A DNA stretch of 64,000 nt from an uncultured Flavobacteriales bacterium (GTDB lineage: Bacteria > Bacteroidota > Bacteroidia > Flavobacteriales_D > Crocinitomicaceae), in contig CAZOLZ010000007.1 of assembly GCA_964580965.1 (NCBI GenBank), positions 34-64,033 on the forward strand. The letters are read 5' to 3'. Positions 57,102 through 64,000 of this stretch are shown here, piece after piece. The first letter of the stretch is position 1; each line of letters begins with the position of its first letter. A program made the position numbers and the translations under genes. The notes beneath the pieces were generated by a model that ran no database searches, was not told the DNA's origin, and was given only the letters and a program-made list of their open reading frames with translations.

Positions 57102-57368
57102 TCACCTAAAAAATCCAACTGCTAATTCAACACAAACACAAACAAAAAGCATAAAAATTAATAACCAAGCTAAATTTTTCTTGACTTTTGATTTCAATTT
57201 TATTCTTGCTAATTCAAATAATCCAAACGCAATGAATAATAAAATACCCATCAGAACAAAATCAATAAATTTCCAGTTTATTTCTGAAGAAGATAGTGAA
57301 GCTATAAGAGGAATAAATAAAATAATCAACCAAGCAATCACTAATTTTATGATTCTACTTTTATCCAT
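57102..57368 (-). CDS. Small (88 aa) three-helix membrane protein, hypothetical
   Basis: Three clear hydrophobic helices separated by basic loops. Preferred over the overlapping low-complexity + strand ORF 57070..57414. Confidence 0.5.
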   Translation of the reverse strand: MDKSRIIKLVIAWLIILFIPLIASLSSSEINWKFIDFVLMGILLFIAFGLFELARIKLKSKVKKNLAWLLIFMLFVCVCVELAVGFFR

Positions 57369-57419
57369 AACTTATGAAATTACTTCGATAAGTTATGGAT
57401 TTTTAGTCAATTAAAAAAA

Positions 57420-58067
57420 TTAGTACTCAAGCTTTGCCAAATGGTCTCTTCTAACAATTACGTTAATCTTTGGGCCATTTAATGAATGAATAAAATCCTT
57501 TGTTTCATGACTATCAACAAGATTAACATTTAAATTCGCTTTGAATTCTAACGCACATCCCCTTGAATCTTGAATTGAAATCTTGTGAATTCCATTTTTT
57601 ATTAATTCAGGGTGTTCGTAATTAAATTTATCGTCAATTTTAAAAATATAAAAGTTATTAACCAATGAATCATGAACCCATGAACTACCTCCCTCGATAG
57701 CAATATTCATACTTGCATTCAAATTATCAATATCGCTGTATTTTTTAGAGTAAAAGGATACGGTTAGCGGCTTAGGCTGTTCTAAAACTACTTTACCAAC
57801 TACTTTAAAGCCTTTTTGATCAGTAACTTCATAAGTATACTCACCGGCAATCAGTGAATTAATTTTTGTTGACTCTTCTCCACTTGACCATCTGATTTTG
57901 TATGGTGGGTGTCCACCAGAAATATTAAGCTCTGCAGATCCGTTAGCATTACCAAAACATTTTACCTCAGTTTTAGTTATAGTAACTAATAACTCATTCT
58001 TTTTGTGAGCAAACAAATTAAACCCTGTGCTAATTAAAATTAATGTTGCTAATAGATATTTTTTCAT
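57420..58067 (-). CDS. Secreted protein with a single SprB-type repeat
   Basis: Start moved to MKKYLLATLILISTGFNLFA. CFGNANGSAELNISGGHPPYKIRWSSGE matches the C-x-G-x-x-x-G...GG-x-x-PY-x-x-W SprB repeat pattern. Confidence 0.6.
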   Translation of the reverse strand: MKKYLLATLILISTGFNLFAHKKNELLVTITKTEVKCFGNANGSAELNISGGHPPYKIRWSSGEESTKINSLIAGEYTYEVTDQKGFKVVGKVVLEQPKPLTVSFYSKKYSDIDNLNASMNIAIEGGSSWVHDSLVNNFYIFKIDDKFNYEHPELIKNGIHKISIQDSRGCALEFKANLNVNLVDSHETKDFIHSLNGPKINVIVRRDHLAKLEY

Positions 58068-58266
58068 AATTTCTAATGTTAAAGTTGATTTCATGCTAAA
58101 TTTACTAACTATATAAATAAAAGTTCAAATTATACACTTGTTTTAGATTAGTGTATATATTTTATAGACAAAACAATAAATTAATCTCCTTAAGTATAAT
58201 AAACCAAAGTTACACACTATGAAAACAAAAAAATATGATTACGCTCTAATAAATAACTGATTAAAA

Positions 58267-59694
58267 TCAGTTATTTTCTTTTTTGATAAGATGAACTTCT
58301 AGTGCAATGAATACCGCACAAAACCCCCAGATAGGTACAGCCGCTTTGTCTGTATCAAGGTAATTGTTTAAAAATCCATGAATAAAATAGGTAGATAAAG
58401 ATAAAATCATTGCCATTATTAAGGCTTTCATTTCTGTATCTTCATTTGGCCAATTGTAATATAACTTAATCGCTTTGTAAAAAATTGATATTACGATTAA
58501 CAACATACTTATTAAGCCTAATATGCCCATTTCTGAAAGTGGACCCAAATATTCACTGTGTGCATTACCTGCATCTCCAAAATTGGTAGAAATAATGGTA
58601 AGATTCTCTGGTTCTTGAAAACGAGCATATTGAAAGGCATATGTGCCTGGGCCAAACCCTACTAATGGTCGTTCCTGAAACATTTGTAAGGCACACGACC
58701 ACCGATTTAAACGTTCTAAATTTGAAGCGTCAGTTGAAACATTTGCCGCACTTTGAAAACGTTCTCCAAACTCTTCAGTAGTATGTTCATATTTATTACG
58801 AGCTAATTCCATTTGAATTTTATCCCATGAGAAGAATAAAATTACGGCAACAGTCAATGTTGAGTATATCAATAAAGAAAGTTTTACTCTAAAATATATA
58901 ACAGCTAATATCCCTAATGCAGCTATTATACTTAGCCATGCCGCTCTTGTATATGAAAAATAAAGGGCAATCAAATTAACTATAAACAAAAAAAGCAATG
59001 TTGCTTGAACCAGAGGGGCATGCTTTTTAGACAAATATAAACCAACAATTAGCGGCATTGTAAAAGCTACCATTGCTCCGTAAATTGTATGATCTTTGAA
59101 AAATGGCCACATTACCCAATGCCCTTCTTTTTCACCAAAACCATAAGAAGCATGAACAACTAAAGTATATGTCATTACTATGGTCATGCCAATGATAAAC
59201 AACCAAATAAACCTTTGAATATTAACTCGTTTTGCAAAAACTAATGTTCCTAATAAAAAAATAGGTATCAAAAACCATAATCGAGCTAGTAAGAATTTAA
59301 ACGAAACAACTGGCATTTCACTTGTAATAGATGTAAAGAAAACCCAAAACAAATAAAATGAAAGTGCCCAAAGGATAGGGTTTTTCCATATCAATCTATT
59401 GTAAATTGGTTTTCTGATATTGAGCATCAACACCATGAGCATCAATCCAAATAATATGGGTTCAGTTGGAATAAATAAACCTAAACTATCTGTATACTCT
59501 TCAATGTTAACCGATAAAGGTGTCAAAAAAGCGAGTCCTAAAAATGTCCATTCCGTATAATATATCGCAAAATAGATTGCTATTAACCCCATTGAAAACA
59601 AACTTAAAAAAGCTTGATCTATCCATATTAAATAGACAGCTAACAATAAATAAACGAACCCAAAAAGGTAAATTTTAGTTGACCCGCTGAACAA
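58267..59694 (-). CDS. O-antigen ligase / Wzy-like polytopic membrane protein
   Basis: About 11 TM helices with a large loop and an AGNAHSEYL-type motif in the Wzy_C-like region. Confidence 0.75.
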   Translation of the reverse strand: MFSGSTKIYLFGFVYLLLAVYLIWIDQAFLSLFSMGLIAIYFAIYYTEWTFLGLAFLTPLSVNIEEYTDSLGLFIPTEPILFGLMLMVLMLNIRKPIYNRLIWKNPILWALSFYLFWVFFTSITSEMPVVSFKFLLARLWFLIPIFLLGTLVFAKRVNIQRFIWLFIIGMTIVMTYTLVVHASYGFGEKEGHWVMWPFFKDHTIYGAMVAFTMPLIVGLYLSKKHAPLVQATLLFLFIVNLIALYFSYTRAAWLSIIAALGILAVIYFRVKLSLLIYSTLTVAVILFFSWDKIQMELARNKYEHTTEEFGERFQSAANVSTDASNLERLNRWSCALQMFQERPLVGFGPGTYAFQYARFQEPENLTIISTNFGDAGNAHSEYLGPLSEMGILGLISMLLIVISIFYKAIKLYYNWPNEDTEMKALIMAMILSLSTYFIHGFLNNYLDTDKAAVPIWGFCAVFIALEVHLIKKENN

Positions 59695-59696
59695 GA

Positions 59697-60698
59697 TTAA
59701 GCTGCTTTTTTCAATTCCTTGATGCGTTCATTAATCAATAAAGCAAATACCATAAAGACAAAAGAACCAATTACCGCTAATAAAACAATGATCATTCTTT
59801 TTGGCTTATCTTTCTTATCTGCTTTAACCGCTCTTTCAACAATGAATTTGTGGGTAAAGTTGGCATAGGCATCTGATTCTGCTTGTTCATATGAATCTAA
59901 GAACTTTTCCATCTTAATAATTTTCTCATCTCGCATTTGTTCTAATCCATCGAACTTTGCACCATACTTTAAATTGACATCAATTTGTTGTTTTAAAAAT
60001 TGACGATCAGCACTTGTTTTAGCTTCAATGTATGCTGTATACAAGTTTGTTCTTCCTTCAATGGAAATAACTCCCATATCAGCCAAAGAATCTAACTGAA
60101 TTAATACGTTTTGTAGATCTTTCTCAAGCAATTGCTTTTTTCTAAGGTTGACTTCAAAAGCAGGAACAGTTCTTTCTAAAACCATGTTATTCTTTACCGT
60201 ATCAATCAAGTCAACGATTTTATTAGCAATTTCTGCTGCTAGTTCTGGTTGTTCGTCTAGTACATCAATCTGAATGGATCCATATTTAGTTCGTGTAAAC
60301 CTAATGTGACCATCATACTCTTTCATTAATTTATAATTACGATTCTTGTCGTTTGGATCAATATCGTAATGCTTCATCAAATCAAATCGTTGGATTACTC
60401 GATTACGAATACGAGAAGATTGTAAAATTTGTACCAATTGCTCTGCTTGATCTTCTTCTCCGAAATCCATTGAAGAAGCTTTTGCATTTCTTTGTTCAGA
60501 GAATGACACCGTACTTGTTGCTGTTGGGAAAACAATAGCTGTGGAAAGAAATAGAGGTTTCATCATTAACGATATTACAATTGCAACAATTGCAGTAATA
60601 CCGGAAGTTAGTATTAATACTTTACGTTTTTTCCAAACAAATAATAGTAGGTTTTGTCTCTCTTGATTGAAGGTTTCCATCGGATTTGTTTCGTTCAT
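59697..60698 (-). CDS. Wzz-like polysaccharide chain-length determinant family protein
   Basis: N-terminal TM after a LLLFVWKKRK segment, a long coiled periplasmic region, and a C-terminal TM. Lies 2 nt upstream of the ligase-like gene. Confidence 0.6.
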   Translation of the reverse strand: MNETNPMETFNQERQNLLLFVWKKRKVLILTSGITAIVAIVISLMMKPLFLSTAIVFPTATSTVSFSEQRNAKASSMDFGEEDQAEQLVQILQSSRIRNRVIQRFDLMKHYDIDPNDKNRNYKLMKEYDGHIRFTRTKYGSIQIDVLDEQPELAAEIANKIVDLIDTVKNNMVLERTVPAFEVNLRKKQLLEKDLQNVLIQLDSLADMGVISIEGRTNLYTAYIEAKTSADRQFLKQQIDVNLKYGAKFDGLEQMRDEKIIKMEKFLDSYEQAESDAYANFTHKFIVERAVKADKKDKPKRMIIVLLAVIGSFVFMVFALLINERIKELKKAA

Positions 60699-60716
60699 TA
60701 GCTAACTATTTGTTTT

Positions 60717-60724
60717 CAAAAATA
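60717..60724 (-). promoter_or_regulatory. -7 box TATTTTTG, candidate promoter of the wzz-like/ligase operon
   Basis: Reverse complement of caaaaata, 18 nt upstream of the ATG at 60698. Confidence 0.5.
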
Positions 60725-60856
60725 AATGAATAATTTGGAATAACGGAGAAAAAAAGGGGATATTGCTTTTGATAATTTTTTCAAAATTTCACTCTTACTT
60801 TTTTATCCTCAAAAGATAAATTAAAAATTAATCGCTATTGGCCTTTATATGAAGTG

Positions 60857-60882
60857 TTTCTTTTGTGTCAAAACAAAAGAAA
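60857..60882 (+). terminator. Orphan terminator-like hairpin upstream of the fbp promoter
   Basis: TTTCTTTTGT-gtcaaa-ACAAAAGAAA is a perfect 10-bp stem, followed by TTCGTTTTACTTTTTT. No annotated + strand gene ends here. Confidence 0.4.
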
Positions 60883-60903
60883 TTCGTTTTACTTTTTTCT
60901 TTG

Positions 60904-60911
60904 TATCTTTG
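60904..60911 (+). promoter_or_regulatory. -7 box TATCTTTG, candidate fbp promoter
   Basis: Exact TAnnTTTG, 25 nt upstream of the ATG at 60937. Argues against the track's GTG start at 60865. Confidence 0.55.
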
Positions 60912-60936
60912 CATTCTAAAATTAAAAATACTTCAT

Positions 60937-61974
60937 ATGTCTAAGCTTGTTACTTTGAATGAATTTATCATGGATCGTCAACACGAATTTCCGTTTGCAA
61001 CAGGTGAGTTATCCCGATTATTAAATGACATCGCAGTTGCTTCTAAAATTGTAGCTCGTGATGTTCGACGCGCTGGTTTAGTTGATGCTATTCAAGGAGC
61101 TCAAGGTGAAGTTAATGTTCAAGGAGAAGCACAACAAAAATTAGATGTAGTTGCTGATAACCAATTCATCAAAATGTTTGAAGCTGGAGGTGAAGTTTGT
61201 GGTATTGCTTCAGAAGAAAATGATGATTTTGTTGCTTTCGATAACAAAAGTTCAAAACAAGGTAAATATGTTGTTTTATTTGATCCATTGGATGGTTCTT
61301 CAAATATTGATGTAAATGTTTCTATAGGGACAATATTTTCCGTTTACAGAAGAACAAGTGAAATTGGTGATTTAGCAACCTTAGAAGACATGTTACAAAG
61401 CGGAGCTGAACAAGTTGCTGCTGGTTATGTTGTTTATGGTTCATCTACAATGTTGGTTTATACAACTGGTAAAGGAGTTAATGGGTTTACATTAGACCCG
61501 TCAATTGGAGAGTTCTGTTTATCTCACCCAAACATGAAGATGCCTGAAATTGGTAAACAATACTCTATGAATGAAGGTAATATTCATATCTGTGAAAAAG
61601 GGATCCAAGATTTTATTGCTCATTGCCAAGAATTTGACCCAGCAACAAATAGACCTTATTCAGGTAGGTATATCGGCTCGCTCGTGGCTGATTTCCATAG
61701 AATCTTAATCAAAGGTGGAATATATATTTATCCAGACACAAAAAATCATCCAGAAGGACGCTTACGTTTGATTTATGAATGTAACCCTTTAGCTTTCTTG
61801 GCTGAACAAGCTGGTGGTGTAGCTACAACTGGAAGAAAAAGAATTTTAGATATCAAACCTGAAAAATTACACCAACGTGTACCTTACATCATAGGTTCAA
61901 AATTAATGGTTGAAAGGGTTCAAAATTTAATTGAATCGAGCAAAGTTGAAGAAGGTCATTTCTTAGTTAAATAA
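60937..61974 (+). CDS. fbp: Fructose-1,6-bisphosphatase class I
   Basis: [44 protein letters not shown]. Confidence 0.93.
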   Translation: MSKLVTLNEFIMDRQHEFPFATGELSRLLNDIAVASKIVARDVRRAGLVDAIQGAQGEVNVQGEAQQKLDVVADNQFIKMFEAGGEVCGIASEENDDFVAFDNKSSKQGKYVVLFDPLDGSSNIDVNVSIGTIFSVYRRTSEIGDLATLEDMLQSGAEQVAAGYVVYGSSTMLVYTTGKGVNGFTLDPSIGEFCLSHPNMKMPEIGKQYSMNEGNIHICEKGIQDFIAHCQEFDPATNRPYSGRYIGSLVADFHRILIKGGIYIYPDTKNHPEGRLRLIYECNPLAFLAEQAGGVATTGRKRILDIKPEKLHQRVPYIIGSKLMVERVQNLIESSKVEEGHFLVK

Positions 61975-62026
61975 ACACCTTTTTTGTTGAGTCTTTTGAC
62001 CAAACTTGTAATTTAAGAACTAAGAA

Positions 62027-62938
62027 TTATGCACGCTGAGTATCTACTCTTTTCTTGTTTTTCTTAAGGTAGGTTTTAATTATTGGATTAGCAGCAACAA
62101 CTAAAATGATAATTAACGCACCTGTGTAAAATGATACGCCAAGTTTTTCATTTTCTTGTAAGATAAATATAGCTAATACCATCGTATAAACCGGTTCTAA
62201 ATTTATACTCAAAGTTACCGTAAAAGCACCAAGGTGTTTTATCGCATTAATTGATGCAATAAAAGCAAATGATGTACAAATTAAACCTAAGAATAATAAC
62301 CATAATAAATCTGAAGTCGTCATTTCAAACAATGTAGAGTCTGCTTTTCCCTGGAATAAAAAGATTATTGTGATAAAAACAAAACCTGTAAATAATTCAT
62401 AAAAAGTCATTGTAGAAGAACTAGTTTCTTTAACTAATTTTCCATTAAAAACTGAAAACAAAGCCGCTAATAATCCTGAAAATAAACCATAAGCTAAAGC
62501 TTCAAATTCAGTTGGATCAAAATCATTAGTAACAACATATATCCCTCCTATCACTAGTAATCCTAATAAAAACTCTATTTTAGAAAACTTTTGTTTCATT
62601 ACGATTGGGTTCAACCATGTTACATGCAAAGTTGCTGTAGACAAACATAAAATACCAAGAGAAGCTGTTGATAATTGAATTGATTTGTAAAATGTTAACC
62701 AATGGACAGCAACAAGTAATCCTACTCCCATTAACTTTAATAGAGTCTTGAAACTATTTACTCGGATTGATTTTTTGATTAAGATGAAATAAACACCTAA
62801 ACCAATTAATGCAAATAATAACCTATTCCATACAATATGATAAAAATCTAAATGGATTAGTTTCCCAAGAATTCCAGTAAAACCCCAAAGGAAAACAATA
62901 GCATGTAATAAAATGTGATTTTTATATTTTTCTAACAT
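62027..62938 (-). CDS. EamA/DMT-family transporter
   Basis: 10 TM helices. Start moved to the ATG at 62938 (MLEKYK) because the -7 box at 62958-62965 lies just upstream of the track's GTG start at 62956, leaving no room for it. Confidence 0.82.
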   Translation of the reverse strand: MLEKYKNHILLHAIVFLWGFTGILGKLIHLDFYHIVWNRLLFALIGLGVYFILIKKSIRVNSFKTLLKLMGVGLLVAVHWLTFYKSIQLSTASLGILCLSTATLHVTWLNPIVMKQKFSKIEFLLGLLVIGGIYVVTNDFDPTEFEALAYGLFSGLLAALFSVFNGKLVKETSSSTMTFYELFTGFVFITIIFLFQGKADSTLFEMTTSDLLWLLFLGLICTSFAFIASINAIKHLGAFTVTLSINLEPVYTMVLAIFILQENEKLGVSFYTGALIIILVVAANPIIKTYLKKNKKRVDTQRA

Positions 62939-62957
62939 GTACGTAATTAATAACACA

Positions 62958-62965
62958 CAAATATA
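62958..62965 (-). promoter_or_regulatory. -7 box TATATTTG, candidate promoter of the EamA gene
   Basis: Reverse complement of caaatata, 19 nt upstream of the ATG at 62938. Confidence 0.5.
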
Positions 62966-63043
62966 AGCTAGAAACTTTTATCAACAGGTATTTTAAATGT
63001 CCAAAAAAAATCAATCAGACAAATTCACGAGAATTTTACGCAA

Positions 63044-63424
63044 TTATGATTGTTTTAAACGTTTAACAACACTTAAGGCTTCCACAGACATGAAGAAAAA
63101 TAACGGAATTAAAATTGATAATTTATGAAGCAATGATAGTTTCAAATCAGCTAGGTTTCCACCTAAAAAAACGACCATAAAAACACCCATTTTCAAAAAT
63201 ATTCCAACTAAAAAGCCATATCCTGCAGATGCAGGCATTATTTTAAATAAATATTCAACTCCAGAAATGATAATAACAGCTGCAATAGCAAAAAACAAGT
63301 AAATACCTAACAAAGAGTAAGGTAGTTTATTATCTAACATTTGTAATACAAAATAATGTAATAAGAAAGTTAAGATCCCTCCTATCAAACTAATTAAATT
63401 GTACTTAATTAAATGCTTCTTCAT
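63044..63424 (-). CDS. Hypothetical 4-TM membrane protein
   Basis: 126 aa with four hydrophobic helices. Starts 1 nt after the AtpZ-like gene. Confidence 0.55.
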   Translation of the reverse strand: MKKHLIKYNLISLIGGILTFLLHYFVLQMLDNKLPYSLLGIYLFFAIAAVIIISGVEYLFKIMPASAGYGFLVGIFLKMGVFMVVFLGGNLADLKLSLLHKLSILIPLFFFMSVEALSVVKRLKQS

Positions 63425-63425
63425 C

Positions 63426-63659
63426 TTATTTTTTATCTTCTTCGTTTGACATTTTAATTACTTGTCGAATGACTGAATAAGTCGACCCGAAAACCGCAAA
63501 CAAAGTTAATCCTTTATCATAAGAAAATGATTCTGTGCCATATTTATTATCCAACCAAACACCAATTAAATGTGCAAAATAGATAATTAATCCCATTTGC
63601 AATCCCATTGAAGAAAACTTCAACCATGGCGCAGTTTGTTTTTTTGGTTTCTTTCCCAT
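63426..63659 (-). CDS. AtpZ/AtpI-family small membrane protein
   Basis: 77 aa. Basic N-terminus, then WLKFSSMGLQMGLIIYFAHLIGVWLD and a second helix, the layout of the ATP-synthase 'gene 1' family. Confidence 0.65.
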   Translation of the reverse strand: MGKKPKKQTAPWLKFSSMGLQMGLIIYFAHLIGVWLDNKYGTESFSYDKGLTLFAVFGSTYSVIRQVIKMSNEEDKK

Positions 63660-63720
63660 TGTTTTTTGATTAAATTAAGAAAAAAGTAAAAAATGAAAAT
63701 ATGCTTTTTACTGTATCCTC

Positions 63721-63728
63721 CAAATTTA
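63721..63728 (-). promoter_or_regulatory. -7 box TAAATTTG, candidate promoter of the atpZ-like gene
   Basis: Reverse complement of caaattta, 61 nt upstream of the ATG at 63659. Confidence 0.4.
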
Positions 63729-63766
63729 ATGTAATATCTGTTACAAACTAAATCTTAATAACGAAT

Positions 63767-63774
63767 TATATTTG
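63767..63774 (+). promoter_or_regulatory. -7 box TATATTTG, candidate promoter of the methyltransferase gene
   Basis: Exact TAnnTTTG, 15 nt upstream of the ATG at 63790. Confidence 0.5.
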
Positions 63775-63789
63775 TTAAAATTTTTGTTT

Positions 63790-64000
63790 ATGTCAGATAA
63801 AAAAGCACATTGGGAAAAAATTTACAGAACTAAAGATGATTATGAGGTAAGTTGGTACCAAGAAGTACCGAAAGAGTCTTTGGAGTTGGTTGCTTCTCTT
63901 AATTTAGATAAAGTAAACTCCAAAATCATCGATATTGGCGGTGGTAATTCTAATTTTACTGCGGAATTATTGAATCAGGAATATACCGACATAACTCTGT
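63790..64000 (+). CDS. Class I SAM-dependent methyltransferase (5' part only, cut by window end)
   Basis: Not in the ORF track. My translation is MSDKKAHWEKIYRTKDDYEVSWYQEVPKESLELVASLNLDKVNSKIIDIGGGNSNFTAELL, with the SAM motif I IDIGGG. Confidence 0.7.
   Translation, partial: MSDKKAHWEKIYRTKDDYEVSWYQEVPKESLELVASLNLDKVNSKIIDIGGGNSNFTAELLNQEYTDITL

Noticed and set aside
57070-57414. 114-aa + strand ORF fully overlapping the 88-aa minus-strand ORF
   Set aside because: The translation is low-complexity (N/Q/T/I-rich) with no helices or motifs. The antisense frame encodes three clean TM helices. I treated the + ORF as the shadow of the minus-strand gene.
60865-60936. GTG-initiated 24-codon extension of fbp
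   Set aside because: A TAnnTTTG box (60904-60911) and a terminator-like hairpin (60857-60882) lie inside the extension. Class I FBPase alignments normally begin near [10 protein letters not shown].
1-64000. Window-wide scan for tRNA, rRNA, tmRNA, RNase P or SRP RNA, CRISPR arrays, IS elements or transposases, integrases, prophage genes and known defence-system genes
   Set aside because: No intergenic segment has the G+C-rich, structured character of stable RNAs. No ORF shows transposase, integrase, phage or defence-type motifs. I could detect no long direct or inverted repeats flanking any block by eye. A computational repeat and covariance-model search would be needed to exclude small elements.

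Overview
This is an AT-rich (roughly one-third G+C by eye), very gene-dense chromosomal segment. Its signals point to a Bacteroidota genome, most likely Flavobacteriia. TAnnTTTG-type -7 promoter boxes precede 17 transcription units, start codons lack Shine-Dalgarno sequences, and typical Bacteroidota envelope genes are present: a SprB-repeat protein, a ~1000-aa TPR protein with a putative-porin barrel, a CBM9-like outer-membrane protein, and a tetR-tolC-MFP-RND operon. I support 50 protein-coding genes (two cut by the window edges) and one decayed GNAT acetyltransferase pseudogene. Content is mostly core metabolism and information processing: pgk, fbp, sucAB, glyS, leuS, mfd, mgtE and a DEAD-box helicase. 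There is also a dispersed kynurenine-pathway set (TDO, a cyclase-type formamidase candidate, KMO, kynureninase, an aminomuconate-semialdehyde-type ALDH). A paaABCD diiron oxygenase module faces an operon with two PaaE-type reductase paralogs and an SDR. A small surface-polysaccharide pair (Wzz-like plus O-antigen-ligase-like) is also present. I found no rRNA, tRNA, CRISPR array, transposase or integrase, prophage or recognisable defence genes, and no long repeats. I therefore see no convincing evidence for a wholly new system. The best follow-up candidates are: (i) the stand-alone paaABCD/2xPaaE/SDR oxygenase module; (ii) the tightly coupled TPR/beta-barrel/pirin operon; (iii) the palindrome-rich control region of the tetR-RND operon; (iv) a GC-rich, rare-codon, in-frame insertion in leuS; (v) the incomplete kynurenine gene set. 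All functional calls come from reading motifs in the supplied translations; no database search was possible.
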